Assembly: GCA_937929915.1 (NCBI GenBank)
Contig: CALFUN010000037.1
Coordinates: 20,676-84,675, forward strand
Reading direction: 5' to 3'
From: an uncultured Caulobacterales bacterium
GTDB taxonomy: Bacteria; Pseudomonadota; Alphaproteobacteria; Caulobacterales; Maricaulaceae
DNA length: 64,000 bases
Shown here: positions 1 through 8,425 of the stretch, piece by piece
Layout of the letters: each line of letters opens with the position of its first letter
How positions within the stretch are numbered: position 1 is the stretch's first letter
Notes under the pieces: model-generated
The model's database searches: none
The model's input: the letters and a program-made list of their open reading frames with translations, nothing else
What the model was told of the DNA's origin: nothing
Program-made: the position numbers and the translations under genes

Positions 1-2
1 CT

Positions 3-548
3 GAGAATTTTAAATCAGATTTTGATGCCTTTGAGTGGGATATAGACGAACTGGCTTTGGCGCGGTGGCAATGCGGGCAAACGGGTTATCCTTTTGTAGA
101 TGCAGGCATGAGAGAGCTGTGGCAAACAGGCTGGCAGCATAATCGTGTGCGCATGGTCTGTGCCAGTTTTTTGATTAAGCATTTGCTGCAAGATTGGCGT
201 ATGGGTGAGGCGTGGTATTGGGACACATTGCTCGAAGCTGACCCTGCGTCAAATGCCGCAAGCTGGCAATGGGTTGCAGGAAGCGGGGCGGATGCCTCAC
301 CTTATTTTCGTATTTTCAATCCTTTTAGTCAGGGTGAAAAATTCGATCCAGAGGGCGAATATGTGCGTAAATATGTGCCAGAACTCGCAAAACTGCCGAA
401 AAAATATATTCACCGCCCATGGGAGGCGCCCGCCAATATTTTGGAATATGCAGGCGTCACATTAGGCCAAACTTACCCTAAGCCCATTGTCGATCATAAA
501 ATGGCACGAGAGCGCGCGCTGGCGGCTTATAAGGCTACCAGAAATTAA
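3..548 (+). CDS. phrB: Deoxyribodipyrimidine photolyase (cryptochrome/photolyase family), 5'-partial
   Basis: Frame is open to the window start; FAD-binding motifs GQTGYPFVDAGMRELWQTGWQHNRVRM and WQWVAGSGADA-RIFNP. Confidence 0.93.
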   Translation, partial: ENFKSDFDAFEWDIDELALARWQCGQTGYPFVDAGMRELWQTGWQHNRVRMVCASFLIKHLLQDWRMGEAWYWDTLLEADPASNAASWQWVAGSGADASPYFRIFNPFSQGEKFDPEGEYVRKYVPELAKLPKKYIHRPWEAPANILEYAGVTLGQTYPKPIVDHKMARERALAAYKATRN

Positions 549-605
549 CAGTGTATAACTGTTTTGTGATTGGTAAATAGAAGGCGGCTGAAAGATTATA
601 TATCT

Positions 606-1289
606 ATGAAATATTTATCTGCAATTTTGACGATGGGTCTAGCCTCGCTATTGGTGACTGCGTGTTCACAAACCACGCCGCAGGCCGATATTGGCTATGA
701 AACAGGCCCGTCGGCGACTGTACAAAGTGTTGCGCAAAGGGCGTATGTTGATACGCGCTCTGATGGTTTATCCACGGCCATATTTGCGGGTGGTTGTTTT
801 TGGTGTACCGAATCTGATTTTGAGAAAATTCCCGGCGTTGTTGAAGCTATATCAGGCTATACGGGCGGGGGTGTTGATAATCCGAATTACAAACAAGTGA
901 GCTATACTGAAACAGGGCATTTTGAAGCGGTTAAAGTTATTTTCGATCCTGATAAGGTGAGTTACCGTGAACTGGTAGATCGTTTCTGGATGACGATTGA
1001 CCCAACCGATAATCGCGGCCAATTTTGTGATAAAGGCTCAAGTTACCGCTCGGCTGTATTTGCAACACCAGAGCAGCTAGCGCAGGCGCAAGCGTCTAAA
1101 TCTGAAGCTGTTAAAAATAAGCCCTTTTCGCAAGATTTTGTCACGCCCGTTTTGGCGGCTAAAACTTTTTATGACGCTGAAGATTATCATCAAGATTATT
1201 ATAAAACAAATAGCTTCCATTATAAAAGATACCGCAATGGATGCGGCCGAGATCGGCGCCTTGCGCAGCTTTGGGGAACAAAGCGGTAA
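606..1289 (+). CDS. msrA: Peptide-methionine (S)-S-oxide reductase with lipoprotein signal peptide
   Basis: FAGGCFWC active site, GHFEAV and AEDYHQDYY motifs; lipobox LVTAC; start placed at ATG 606. Confidence 0.93.
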   Translation: MKYLSAILTMGLASLLVTACSQTTPQADIGYETGPSATVQSVAQRAYVDTRSDGLSTAIFAGGCFWCTESDFEKIPGVVEAISGYTGGGVDNPNYKQVSYTETGHFEAVKVIFDPDKVSYRELVDRFWMTIDPTDNRGQFCDKGSSYRSAVFATPEQLAQAQASKSEAVKNKPFSQDFVTPVLAAKTFYDAEDYHQDYYKTNSFHYKRYRNGCGRDRRLAQLWGTKR

Positions 1290-1293
1290 ATCC

Positions 1294-2874
1294 TTATGGC
1301 CGAGCGGGCGGGTTATATCCGTAAGCTGCCCAAGTTTTCATTTTGCGCCGCTTGCCGCCGCCCAAATCAATCTCAATAGGTGCTAATGGCTCCAGGCGCT
1401 CAAAATCTTGTTGTAAATATGCAAGTATGTTTCCGGAATAATTAATTAATAATATTGGGTCTTGGCCTTGCTGAGTAAAAGGGTGAGTGAGCTCTGCATG
1501 ATGCTGGGGCGTTTGGGTTTTACGCCATATATATATGGGCGCCGTTTTCGGCAGGCCGTAATAATTGACATCATAAAACATAATTCTGTGGTCTAAAAGA
1601 ATAGAGTCAAAATTACGGCCTTCATGCCCTTGCGCAAATCGTGTTTCAATCGCTTGAACGGTTTGCGGCCAAGCGCGTAAGCGCTTAACAGAATTGGCAA
1701 TACCAAGACGGTTCACAAGGTGCGGCGAAAGAGACACAATCAATAGAAAACTACAAAACAGACTTTGCGCCAATAATCCACGATTTAACCAGTTTTTATA
1801 TTTCGGTATTTGCAAGGCTGCGGCCCCTAACAAAATCGCGGCACTTGGATAGGCGCTCACGGCCCAATTTGCATTGGCGCGCGATAGAAAAGCTTGCACA
1901 GAAATGATGATCAAAGGGGTGAGAGCAAAACAGGTTAAACATAATAATAAAGACGGTGTTGCCGTTTGTGTTGAGGCCGCTGCGCTAGATTGTATGGTTT
2001 GGGAATTGTGTGACATTATGCGCCATAATATTAGAAGTAATAGAATAAATGGCACAGGGCCAAAGACACCAAATTGATCTCTAAAAAACGCTAAAAATTC
2101 GAATGGATGAAAAAATGATGTCTTGCCATCAAGGCTTGTATTGGAAGCCGTATGGGTGATGGTGGCAAAATCATTTACGCTATTCCACCATATATTTGGC
2201 GCAAGGATAGCTGCGGCTAAAACCACTATGCTGATGCCTTTAAGGCCGAGTAAGGCTTTGCGCGTTGGACTATCAAAGATAATGGCTAGTATGAGCGGGG
2301 GGATGAAAAACATCATGGCATATTTTGACATCATGCCAAAGCCAAGGGCGAGGCCAAGAAGCGCAGCCAGTCGCCAAGTGGGGGTCAGCCGTAAAGAGAC
2401 CCACCCATATAGGCCCAAGGCCCAGAAAAATAGTAAGGGCACGTCCGTGCTGACAATCATTGAGGACACCCATATAGCAGGCATGAGAATATAAACCGCA
2501 CACGCCCAAAACCCCGCACGCGGGCTAAAGGCTTTTCGGCCTGCTAAAAAAATCAAATAGGCTGTAGCACTATGCAGGAGCGGCGAGCCTAATCTAACCG
2601 CCCATTCGGCATCACCGAAAAGGGCTGTTGTTGCGGCGATCATCCACGCGACCATAGGTGGTTTGGAGAAATACCCCCAATCCAAATCCTGCGCCCATGC
2701 CCAATATTGGGCTTCATCGCCATGTAAATTATAAGGCGAGAGCCATAATGTAACTAAGCGAATAGACAGCAGACCTAAGACAAGCCATAAGACGCGGTTA
2801 CGATATAAGATCGAATTTTGGACGCTGTGTGTCATGCTGTGTCTATGGCGCGAAGCGGCCATAAAATAAACCAA
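1294..2874 (-). CDS. Glycosyltransferase family 39 (ArnT/PMT-like, GT-C) membrane protein
   Basis: DEAQYWAWAQDLDWGYFSKPPM motif, many TM segments, SKY motif; exact start uncertain. Confidence 0.85.
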   Translation of the reverse strand: MVYFMAASRHRHSMTHSVQNSILYRNRVLWLVLGLLSIRLVTLWLSPYNLHGDEAQYWAWAQDLDWGYFSKPPMVAWMIAATTALFGDAEWAVRLGSPLLHSATAYLIFLAGRKAFSPRAGFWACAVYILMPAIWVSSMIVSTDVPLLFFWALGLYGWVSLRLTPTWRLAALLGLALGFGMMSKYAMMFFIPPLILAIIFDSPTRKALLGLKGISIVVLAAAILAPNIWWNSVNDFATITHTASNTSLDGKTSFFHPFEFLAFFRDQFGVFGPVPFILLLLILWRIMSHNSQTIQSSAAASTQTATPSLLLCLTCFALTPLIIISVQAFLSRANANWAVSAYPSAAILLGAAALQIPKYKNWLNRGLLAQSLFCSFLLIVSLSPHLVNRLGIANSVKRLRAWPQTVQAIETRFAQGHEGRNFDSILLDHRIMFYDVNYYGLPKTAPIYIWRKTQTPQHHAELTHPFTQQGQDPILLINYSGNILAYLQQDFERLEPLAPIEIDLGGGKRRKMKTWAAYGYNPPARP

Positions 2875-2923
2875 ATTCCCAAATCATAACGCTTTAGTTA
2901 GAAAATCACGCCAAGAAGGTTTT

Positions 2924-3739
2924 ATGGCACATGCGCTTATATTTGATTCTGGGGTTGGGGGATTATCCGTTGTCGAAGAAATTCGGCGAAGATGTCCGAA
3001 TCTGCGATTGTCCTATGTCGCGGATGATGCGTTTCGGCCTTATGGCGAAAAAGCGGAACTCGCCTTGCGAGCGCGTCTGCCGAGACTTTTATCTGAGCTA
3101 ACATATATGCTCGATCCTGATATTGTCGTGATGGCTTGTAATACCGCCTCGACGACAGCTTTGGCCGATATTCGTGCAGTTTTATCTATACCTGTTATCG
3201 GCGTTGTTCCTGCCATTAAACCTGCCGCGGCCCATTCACGCACAAAAACCATTGGTGTATTAGGCACGCCCGGGACAGTGAAACGGCAATATGTTGACCG
3301 CCTCATTCAAGACTTTGCCAGTGATTGCCACGTGATTTTGCAAGGCTCTGTCAACCTTGTCGACCAAGCAGAGGCGAAATTATCTGGAGAGCCTGTTAAT
3401 ATGGATGTGATTAAAGGCGAAATTAGCCCGATGTTTGCCAGCAAGCACGGTATGGACGTGGATGCCGTTGTTTTGGCCTGTACGCATTTTCCGCTTTTGC
3501 GTGATGAACTTAAGGCATGTGTTACACAGTCTGTAAAATGGATTGATAGCGGCGCAGCGATCGCAAAACGGGTTGAAACTCTATTGGCGCAAGTGCTGCC
3601 AAAGGGCGTCAGGCGGCTGCGTCCGCCGCGCGAAGATACGGTATTTTTAATTGGGCCAGACACACATGCCGCGCGTCAGCAGGCATTTATGCGATTTGGC
3701 TTTAAAACTGTGATTGGGCTTTTGCCAGATTCGCGCTAG
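2924..3739 (+). CDS. murI: Glutamate racemase
   Basis: DSGVGGLS, ACNTAS and LACTHFP catalytic motifs. Confidence 0.96.
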   Translation: MAHALIFDSGVGGLSVVEEIRRRCPNLRLSYVADDAFRPYGEKAELALRARLPRLLSELTYMLDPDIVVMACNTASTTALADIRAVLSIPVIGVVPAIKPAAAHSRTKTIGVLGTPGTVKRQYVDRLIQDFASDCHVILQGSVNLVDQAEAKLSGEPVNMDVIKGEISPMFASKHGMDVDAVVLACTHFPLLRDELKACVTQSVKWIDSGAAIAKRVETLLAQVLPKGVRRLRPPREDTVFLIGPDTHAARQQAFMRFGFKTVIGLLPDSR

Positions 3740-3751
3740 CAAAAGGCTGGG

Positions 3752-4357
3752 TTAATGCCCAAAAAAATGCTTATAAGCCATATAAAGTGCAATGAGCGCG
3801 CCAAAACTCACAATCGTGAAAACCGCGAAATGCTCTTTCATCCATTGCTCGGCTTGTTGACCCAAGAGCCGTACAATACCAGCAACTGCCAAATAGCGTA
3901 ATGTGCGCGAGAGCGTGCTGGCGGCAACAAATACGCCAAAACTAATAGGCACCGCCCCGCTCATAATTGTTATGACTTTATAAGGGAAAGGTGTAAACCC
4001 TGCGCCGAAAACCCATAAGCCACTATGTTTATTGACGCTATCTCGGAAAATCTCCATGCTGTCCGTTTTACCCAGCATATTGAGCAAAGGGCCTGCGATC
4101 GTCTCAAAGAACATTAAGCCAATAAAATATCCAAATATACCGCCGAGGACTGAAAATAAGCTCGACCAAAGTGCAAGACGCCACCATTTTTCAGGGCTAG
4201 CCTGCACCATAGGCATGAGCATGATGTCGACAGGAATAGGAAAAAAAGAGCTTTCCGCAAAGGACAGGCCGCATAGTAGCGGAAAAGCGCGCGGGTGCCG
4301 CGCAAGCGCTTTAGTATTTTCATACCAACGATCTAAAAATGCAAGACGGCCTTTCAT
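3752..4357 (-). CDS. YqaA/DedA (VTT domain) membrane protein
   Basis: SFAESSFFPIPVD and FTPFPYKVITI motifs typical of YqaA. Confidence 0.88.
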   Translation of the reverse strand: MKGRLAFLDRWYENTKALARHPRAFPLLCGLSFAESSFFPIPVDIMLMPMVQASPEKWWRLALWSSLFSVLGGIFGYFIGLMFFETIAGPLLNMLGKTDSMEIFRDSVNKHSGLWVFGAGFTPFPYKVITIMSGAVPISFGVFVAASTLSRTLRYLAVAGIVRLLGQQAEQWMKEHFAVFTIVSFGALIALYMAYKHFFGH

Positions 4358-4500
4358 GGCGTGGGCCTATCTGTAAATTATGCGAAAAACAAGATGATTA
4401 TGTGTGCAGATAATGGCCTTTAGCAGGACTTTCTAAGAGATTGGTGAAATCAACTATAGTCTTTTGAAACCTCCTGCTTTATAGAGCTGAAATCTTCGAT

Positions 4501-4584
4501 GCGGGTGTGGCGGAATTGGTAGACGCGCGGGATTCAAAATCCCGTTCCATTGGAGTGTCGGTTCGATTCCGACCACCCGTACCA
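4501..4584 (+). tRNA. tRNA-Leu (anticodon CAA), 84 nt, CCA encoded
   Basis: Acceptor stem GCGGGTG/CACCCGT, D-loop GGAATTGGTAGAC, anticodon arm CGGGA-TTCAAAA-TCCCG, variable arm, T-loop GTTCGATTC, 3' CCA. Confidence 0.97.
4527..4584 (+). repeat. att core (left): 3' 58 bp of tRNA-Leu
   Basis: Identical to 12520-12577; first mismatches at 4526/12519 and 4585/12578. Confidence 0.95.
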
Positions 4585-4747
4585 AAGAGTTGCAGTCTTG
4601 CGTTTGTTAATGTTATCAACAACTTAGCAGGTTAAGCGCTTTTTTCAATAAGATACTAAAATTTTCATCGAAAAACTTAAGTGCGGATTAAATGCAAAAG
4701 CTAACCTAAAACAATAATCGAGGGTAATTGTTTCAGTGGTTTGATAG

Positions 4748-5263
4748 CTAATTCGCAGTCAAAGTTACTGTTTCAGTCCCACCCGTGGCAACAGATACTT
4801 TTTTCATAAGCGTACCGCCTTCATTAAACACCTTTCCAATGTCCCAAGTCACTTTAGCTATGATGTAGTAATCTCCAGATGGTAGGTCTTTATACTCAAA
4901 CTCTCCATTTGCATTGCAAACCGTCTTCTTGACGGACTTATAGAAATCTGGTTCGTCTGGATTAAACTTCCACGCGCGGCGAGGGCCAAACAGATGACCG
5001 CTTGCTTCACTCCCATAGATGAAACGCATTCGTTCTGCCGCATAGGAACTATAGGGCAAAAGCTGAACTTCATAGCCAGCACAAGTTTTCACTGCACCAC
5101 CCTTAGTTCGCAAGAACGCTGAACCTTCTAGCGTTCCAGTTCCTGCACCATCAAACCAAGCAACATCCGTTTTAGAAAATTTAGACGATATTGGCACGTC
5201 AGTTGGTGGCACTGTTGCACATCCTGTCATCATCAATGCACCCACAATCATATATGCTTTCAT
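4748..5263 (-). CDS. Hypothetical lipoprotein (probable beta-sandwich, carboxypeptidase-regulatory-like)
   Basis: Signal peptide MKAYMIVGALMMTGC with lipobox Cys; GEFEYKDLPSGDYYI motif; start at ATG 5263 after GGAG. Confidence 0.7.
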   Translation of the reverse strand: MKAYMIVGALMMTGCATVPPTDVPISSKFSKTDVAWFDGAGTGTLEGSAFLRTKGGAVKTCAGYEVQLLPYSSYAAERMRFIYGSEASGHLFGPRRAWKFNPDEPDFYKSVKKTVCNANGEFEYKDLPSGDYYIIAKVTWDIGKVFNEGGTLMKKVSVATGGTETVTLTAN

Positions 5264-5356
5264 AAAACTCTCCTTGTTAAGCAATAATAAGAAGATTCTA
5301 CTCACAATATACTTATTAAGTATACACTAAAATGATATATATTCCATTTTTCTCGC

Positions 5357-5596
5357 ATGACCAAAACGCGTGTGACTCGAAAAGGAAATATCTGCGGGGC
5401 CAATGTCAAAGCCATCCGTAAGAAGATGGGCATGGCACAGGCTGACCTAGCCGCTGCCCTCTGCGTGGAACATGGGTATAATTTTGTTCAGAGCGATATT
5501 TCAGAAATTGAGCAAAACTATAGAGGCGTAAAAGACCATGAACTTAAAGCGCTGGCTGCTGTATTAGAGACTACAGCAGACGCTTTGCTTGCTTAA
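5357..5596 (+). CDS. XRE-family helix-turn-helix transcriptional regulator
   Basis: VKAIRKKMGMAQADLA...ISEIEQNYR...LKALAAVLET pattern; 79 aa. Confidence 0.85.
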   Translation: MTKTRVTRKGNICGANVKAIRKKMGMAQADLAAALCVEHGYNFVQSDISEIEQNYRGVKDHELKALAAVLETTADALLA

Positions 5597-5799
5597 CCCT
5601 TACGAAGGTACCCACCTATTTTTCTAAGAAAGGTATATAACGACCTAGGAGTGTCTGAAACTGGTTCTGTGACAGTTTCAGAAAAAAATACTATTTCAAA
5701 GTTTCAAAGAAATTTACCCCCGTTTCGCGTGGGAAAATCTAGTTGACTTCAATGCCTCACCTACTAAACCTTGAGCTGAGTGTTATATTGGGGACTATT

Positions 5800-6855
5800 A
5801 TGGCGGCGATGAAAAAAGAACGTGATATTCTTCTTCTCAAACTCAAGGCGCAAACAAGCCCCAAAAATATACCTGACAACTCCCCAATCCTGACGTTGAA
5901 CGAATTGATGGACATTTTGGAAACCGTCTACAAATCAGGTAAACACTACGCACTATTTAGCGCTAATGGATTTATGCCAACCCCCGGTAAAATGAACTTA
6001 AAAACAATAGGTGAGGTGGCGGGCGCACCTATAACGGATAATATAGTCTTTATATCTGACTTTTGGAGGAACGAAGGTAAAACGGAGTATCGGTTGCTGA
6101 TAAAACGTGGGAATCCAGACGCCGCCAATCCATCATTTACAAATATTGAAAAAAATACAACAAGAAGCGTCGCCCCCAGTGAGGGCGAAACCAACGGACA
6201 ATCGTCACATTTGGTTGTATCCTTAGATACCAGCCACAAAAGTATCGATGGATACAGAGCTGCTTTGGAGGTGATTGTCGGAATATCTAGAAGTTTAGTT
6301 ATGCCGTACATCAACGGTCTAATCTATGAGGCAACAAAACAAGACCCACGTTTCTCTTACCAAAAGCAGGTGAAAAATGAAAAGGTAGATATGACCTATA
6401 GGCCTTCTATCGGCCACTCTTCTAGTCCGTCAGGTTCCTTAGAGGCTGATCTAAAGAAGGGATATCTGTCTTCTGTCGAATTTATAGATAATAAGGTTAC
6501 TGGTGCGACTGGCCCCGATACTGACCCTGCCATTAAGCACGTTTCAAAACGGCTGCGTTTTCATTTAAAGCCCGTCGACAACCATGAAAGGGCTCAAGAA
6601 ATCATCCGAAAACTCAACAGGAAAGCTCGTGAACAAGAATTCGACTATATTCGCGTAAGTATGAAAGACAATGAGCAAGAGAAATATGTCTCCACCCGTT
6701 TCAAGACTGAGGAGGGGGATGCATTAGATAAACTCTATAGTAGAGCTGAGACTGTCAATGGTTTCTCACAAGACCTCAATTCATGCTATGATAAAGTTCA
6801 TGGAGAATTAGCCGAAGCTATGATGTTACTTATCAACTCCCCCCAGAAGTGGTAA
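5800..6855 (+). CDS. Hypothetical soluble protein, 351 aa (cargo gene A)
   Basis: Long ORF with GGGA upstream of ATG 5800; no recognised domain; stop lies 1 nt before the next ATG. Confidence 0.8.
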   Translation: MAAMKKERDILLLKLKAQTSPKNIPDNSPILTLNELMDILETVYKSGKHYALFSANGFMPTPGKMNLKTIGEVAGAPITDNIVFISDFWRNEGKTEYRLLIKRGNPDAANPSFTNIEKNTTRSVAPSEGETNGQSSHLVVSLDTSHKSIDGYRAALEVIVGISRSLVMPYINGLIYEATKQDPRFSYQKQVKNEKVDMTYRPSIGHSSSPSGSLEADLKKGYLSSVEFIDNKVTGATGPDTDPAIKHVSKRLRFHLKPVDNHERAQEIIRKLNRKAREQEFDYIRVSMKDNEQEKYVSTRFKTEEGDALDKLYSRAETVNGFSQDLNSCYDKVHGELAEAMMLLINSPQKW

Positions 6856-6856
6856 A

Positions 6857-7474
6857 ATGCTTTCTTGGATAAGATATCTGCTGCAACCGTTGGCGTATCT
6901 TAAGATACGCTATGGAGAAGGCACTAAGTCCAAACTGTTTTTGGATGTATTTGCACCATTAATTTTGACGGTAATTTTGTATCTTCTCAGTTTTTTAATT
7001 AACAAGGATCTGCCAGAAATAACCACAGAGATTATAGACGAAATTCTAAAATTTTTGACTTTTGCATTTCCCTTTTACGTAGCTTCATTGACTGCGGTAT
7101 CGACTTTCTCAAGCAAGTCTCTTGAAAAGGTTTTTGGCTCAAAGGAAAAAGATCAAGCGACTCTAAAAAGCTGGAGCAATGATAATCAAAGATGGGAAAA
7201 AGAACCCCTAACACGAAGGAAGTATACATCTTATATGTTTGGCTACCTATCAGTAGTGACTTTAATTTTAATATTCATCTTAGTTTTCGACAAATTTTTC
7301 AAAATTTCGAACTTTCAAACATTTTTACCTTCAGAAGTAATTCCTTGGATGATAAATACCGTGAACTTTTTGTTCTGGGCCGTTATTTTGAATATTGTTT
7401 TCGTTACCCTCATGGCGTTGAAGTTCTTAATTAGTAGTGTTGCCGAAGGTCACGAGAAGGACACTACCTCTTAG
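6857..7474 (+). CDS. Hypothetical 4-TM membrane protein, 205 aa (cargo gene B)
   Basis: Four hydrophobic segments with a polar loop ending LTRRKY; coupled to gene A (TAA-A-ATG). Confidence 0.8.
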   Translation: MLSWIRYLLQPLAYLKIRYGEGTKSKLFLDVFAPLILTVILYLLSFLINKDLPEITTEIIDEILKFLTFAFPFYVASLTAVSTFSSKSLEKVFGSKEKDQATLKSWSNDNQRWEKEPLTRRKYTSYMFGYLSVVTLILIFILVFDKFFKISNFQTFLPSEVIPWMINTVNFLFWAVILNIVFVTLMALKFLISSVAEGHEKDTTS

Positions 7475-7601
7475 TCTACTACCTACCTATTCGGGGCGAT
7501 GTTATTGATTGTATAATTTTTGTTTATGGTATTTTTTTTGTAAATTTTGGAGAGGAAAGAGCCGCAACAAGTGCGACTCCAAATTTAACTGAAGCTGTCA
7601 G

Positions 7602-7856
7602 TTAGTTCCTATACATATATGCTGGATACTGACTACGGTATTGCTGCCATACTAGTTTAGCTGCAGAAAACATAGCTTCCGACCTCAAGATAAAGTGTGA
7701 ATAAAGATAGTCCTCTAATTCTTCCCAGTTTCGAGCGTCGGGAAGATTAGGGTCAACTTTTGCACTGGCTGTGAAGTCACCTTGCCTTGAGTCGGTTATC
7801 CGTCGCTTTTGGATATACTCACGAAAGTCAATTAAGGGTTTATGTGATTTACTCAT
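7602..7856 (-). CDS. YozE/SAM-like small protein
   Basis: F-x-x-Y...D...GDF...DPNLP...EEL..YL...A..VW.QY pattern of the YozE_SAM_like family; ATGA overlap with upstream gene. Confidence 0.65.
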   Translation of the reverse strand: MSKSHKPLIDFREYIQKRRITDSRQGDFTASAKVDPNLPDARNWEELEDYLYSHFILRSEAMFSAAKLVWQQYRSQYPAYMYRN

Positions 7857-8323
7857 AGATAAACTCCTTTCTCAAAAGAGAAGTTAGGAATTTTGAACCT
7901 GAGCTTTTGCTTCCACTGGGGCTGTTTGTAAGTTCGAGTTTCAATGAGTTGCTCAATCAGCGACTGGCACTGTGACTGTGACCCGACATCTTGCGTTGGG
8001 CATTCGATTTTAAGCCATTCTTGGTAAACTTCCCAACCAGGTTTTTGGTCGAGCCAAGCCATTACATTAGCGATGGGATAATAGACCTTATTCTGCCGCC
8101 AAGTTCCTCTTGGTGTAGGTTTTGGCCCCTTGTCTCGAATATCCCAATTTGCAAGCGTTTGAAGGTGAACGCCAATGGCTCTTGAAAGCTGCAATCGTGA
8201 CACAACCTGCCATGGGAACGGTTTGGTAATTCCGTATAGCTCTTCAAGTCTGTCTAAAAAGTCCTTAGGTGCTAGGATCGCTTGAACGTGAGCCACAGTA
8301 TTTTTATGTTTTCTGGTAGTCAT
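7853..8323 (-). CDS. Xis/AlpA-like winged-HTH protein (candidate excisionase)
   Basis: SRLQLSRAIGVHLQTLANW...GPKP...KVYYPIANVMAWL resembles the MerR/Xis-type wHTH; GGAG RBS. Confidence 0.6.
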   Translation of the reverse strand: MTTRKHKNTVAHVQAILAPKDFLDRLEELYGITKPFPWQVVSRLQLSRAIGVHLQTLANWDIRDKGPKPTPRGTWRQNKVYYPIANVMAWLDQKPGWEVYQEWLKIECPTQDVGSQSQCQSLIEQLIETRTYKQPQWKQKLRFKIPNFSFEKGVYL

Positions 8324-8425
8324 ATTATATCTCCATATTTGATCCAGTGCTGTTTGTTGAGTTTAGTACAGTAGTAGCAAGCGTGCCCGCCCGCGTGGTA
8401 AGTCCACACGAACGGGTGCTTGAGT

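Noticed and set aside
4422-4478. Imperfect long hairpin upstream of tRNA-Leu (AGCAGGA/TCCTGCT)
   Set aside because: Interior pairing is weak and AT-rich; cannot be distinguished from chance in the tRNA promoter region
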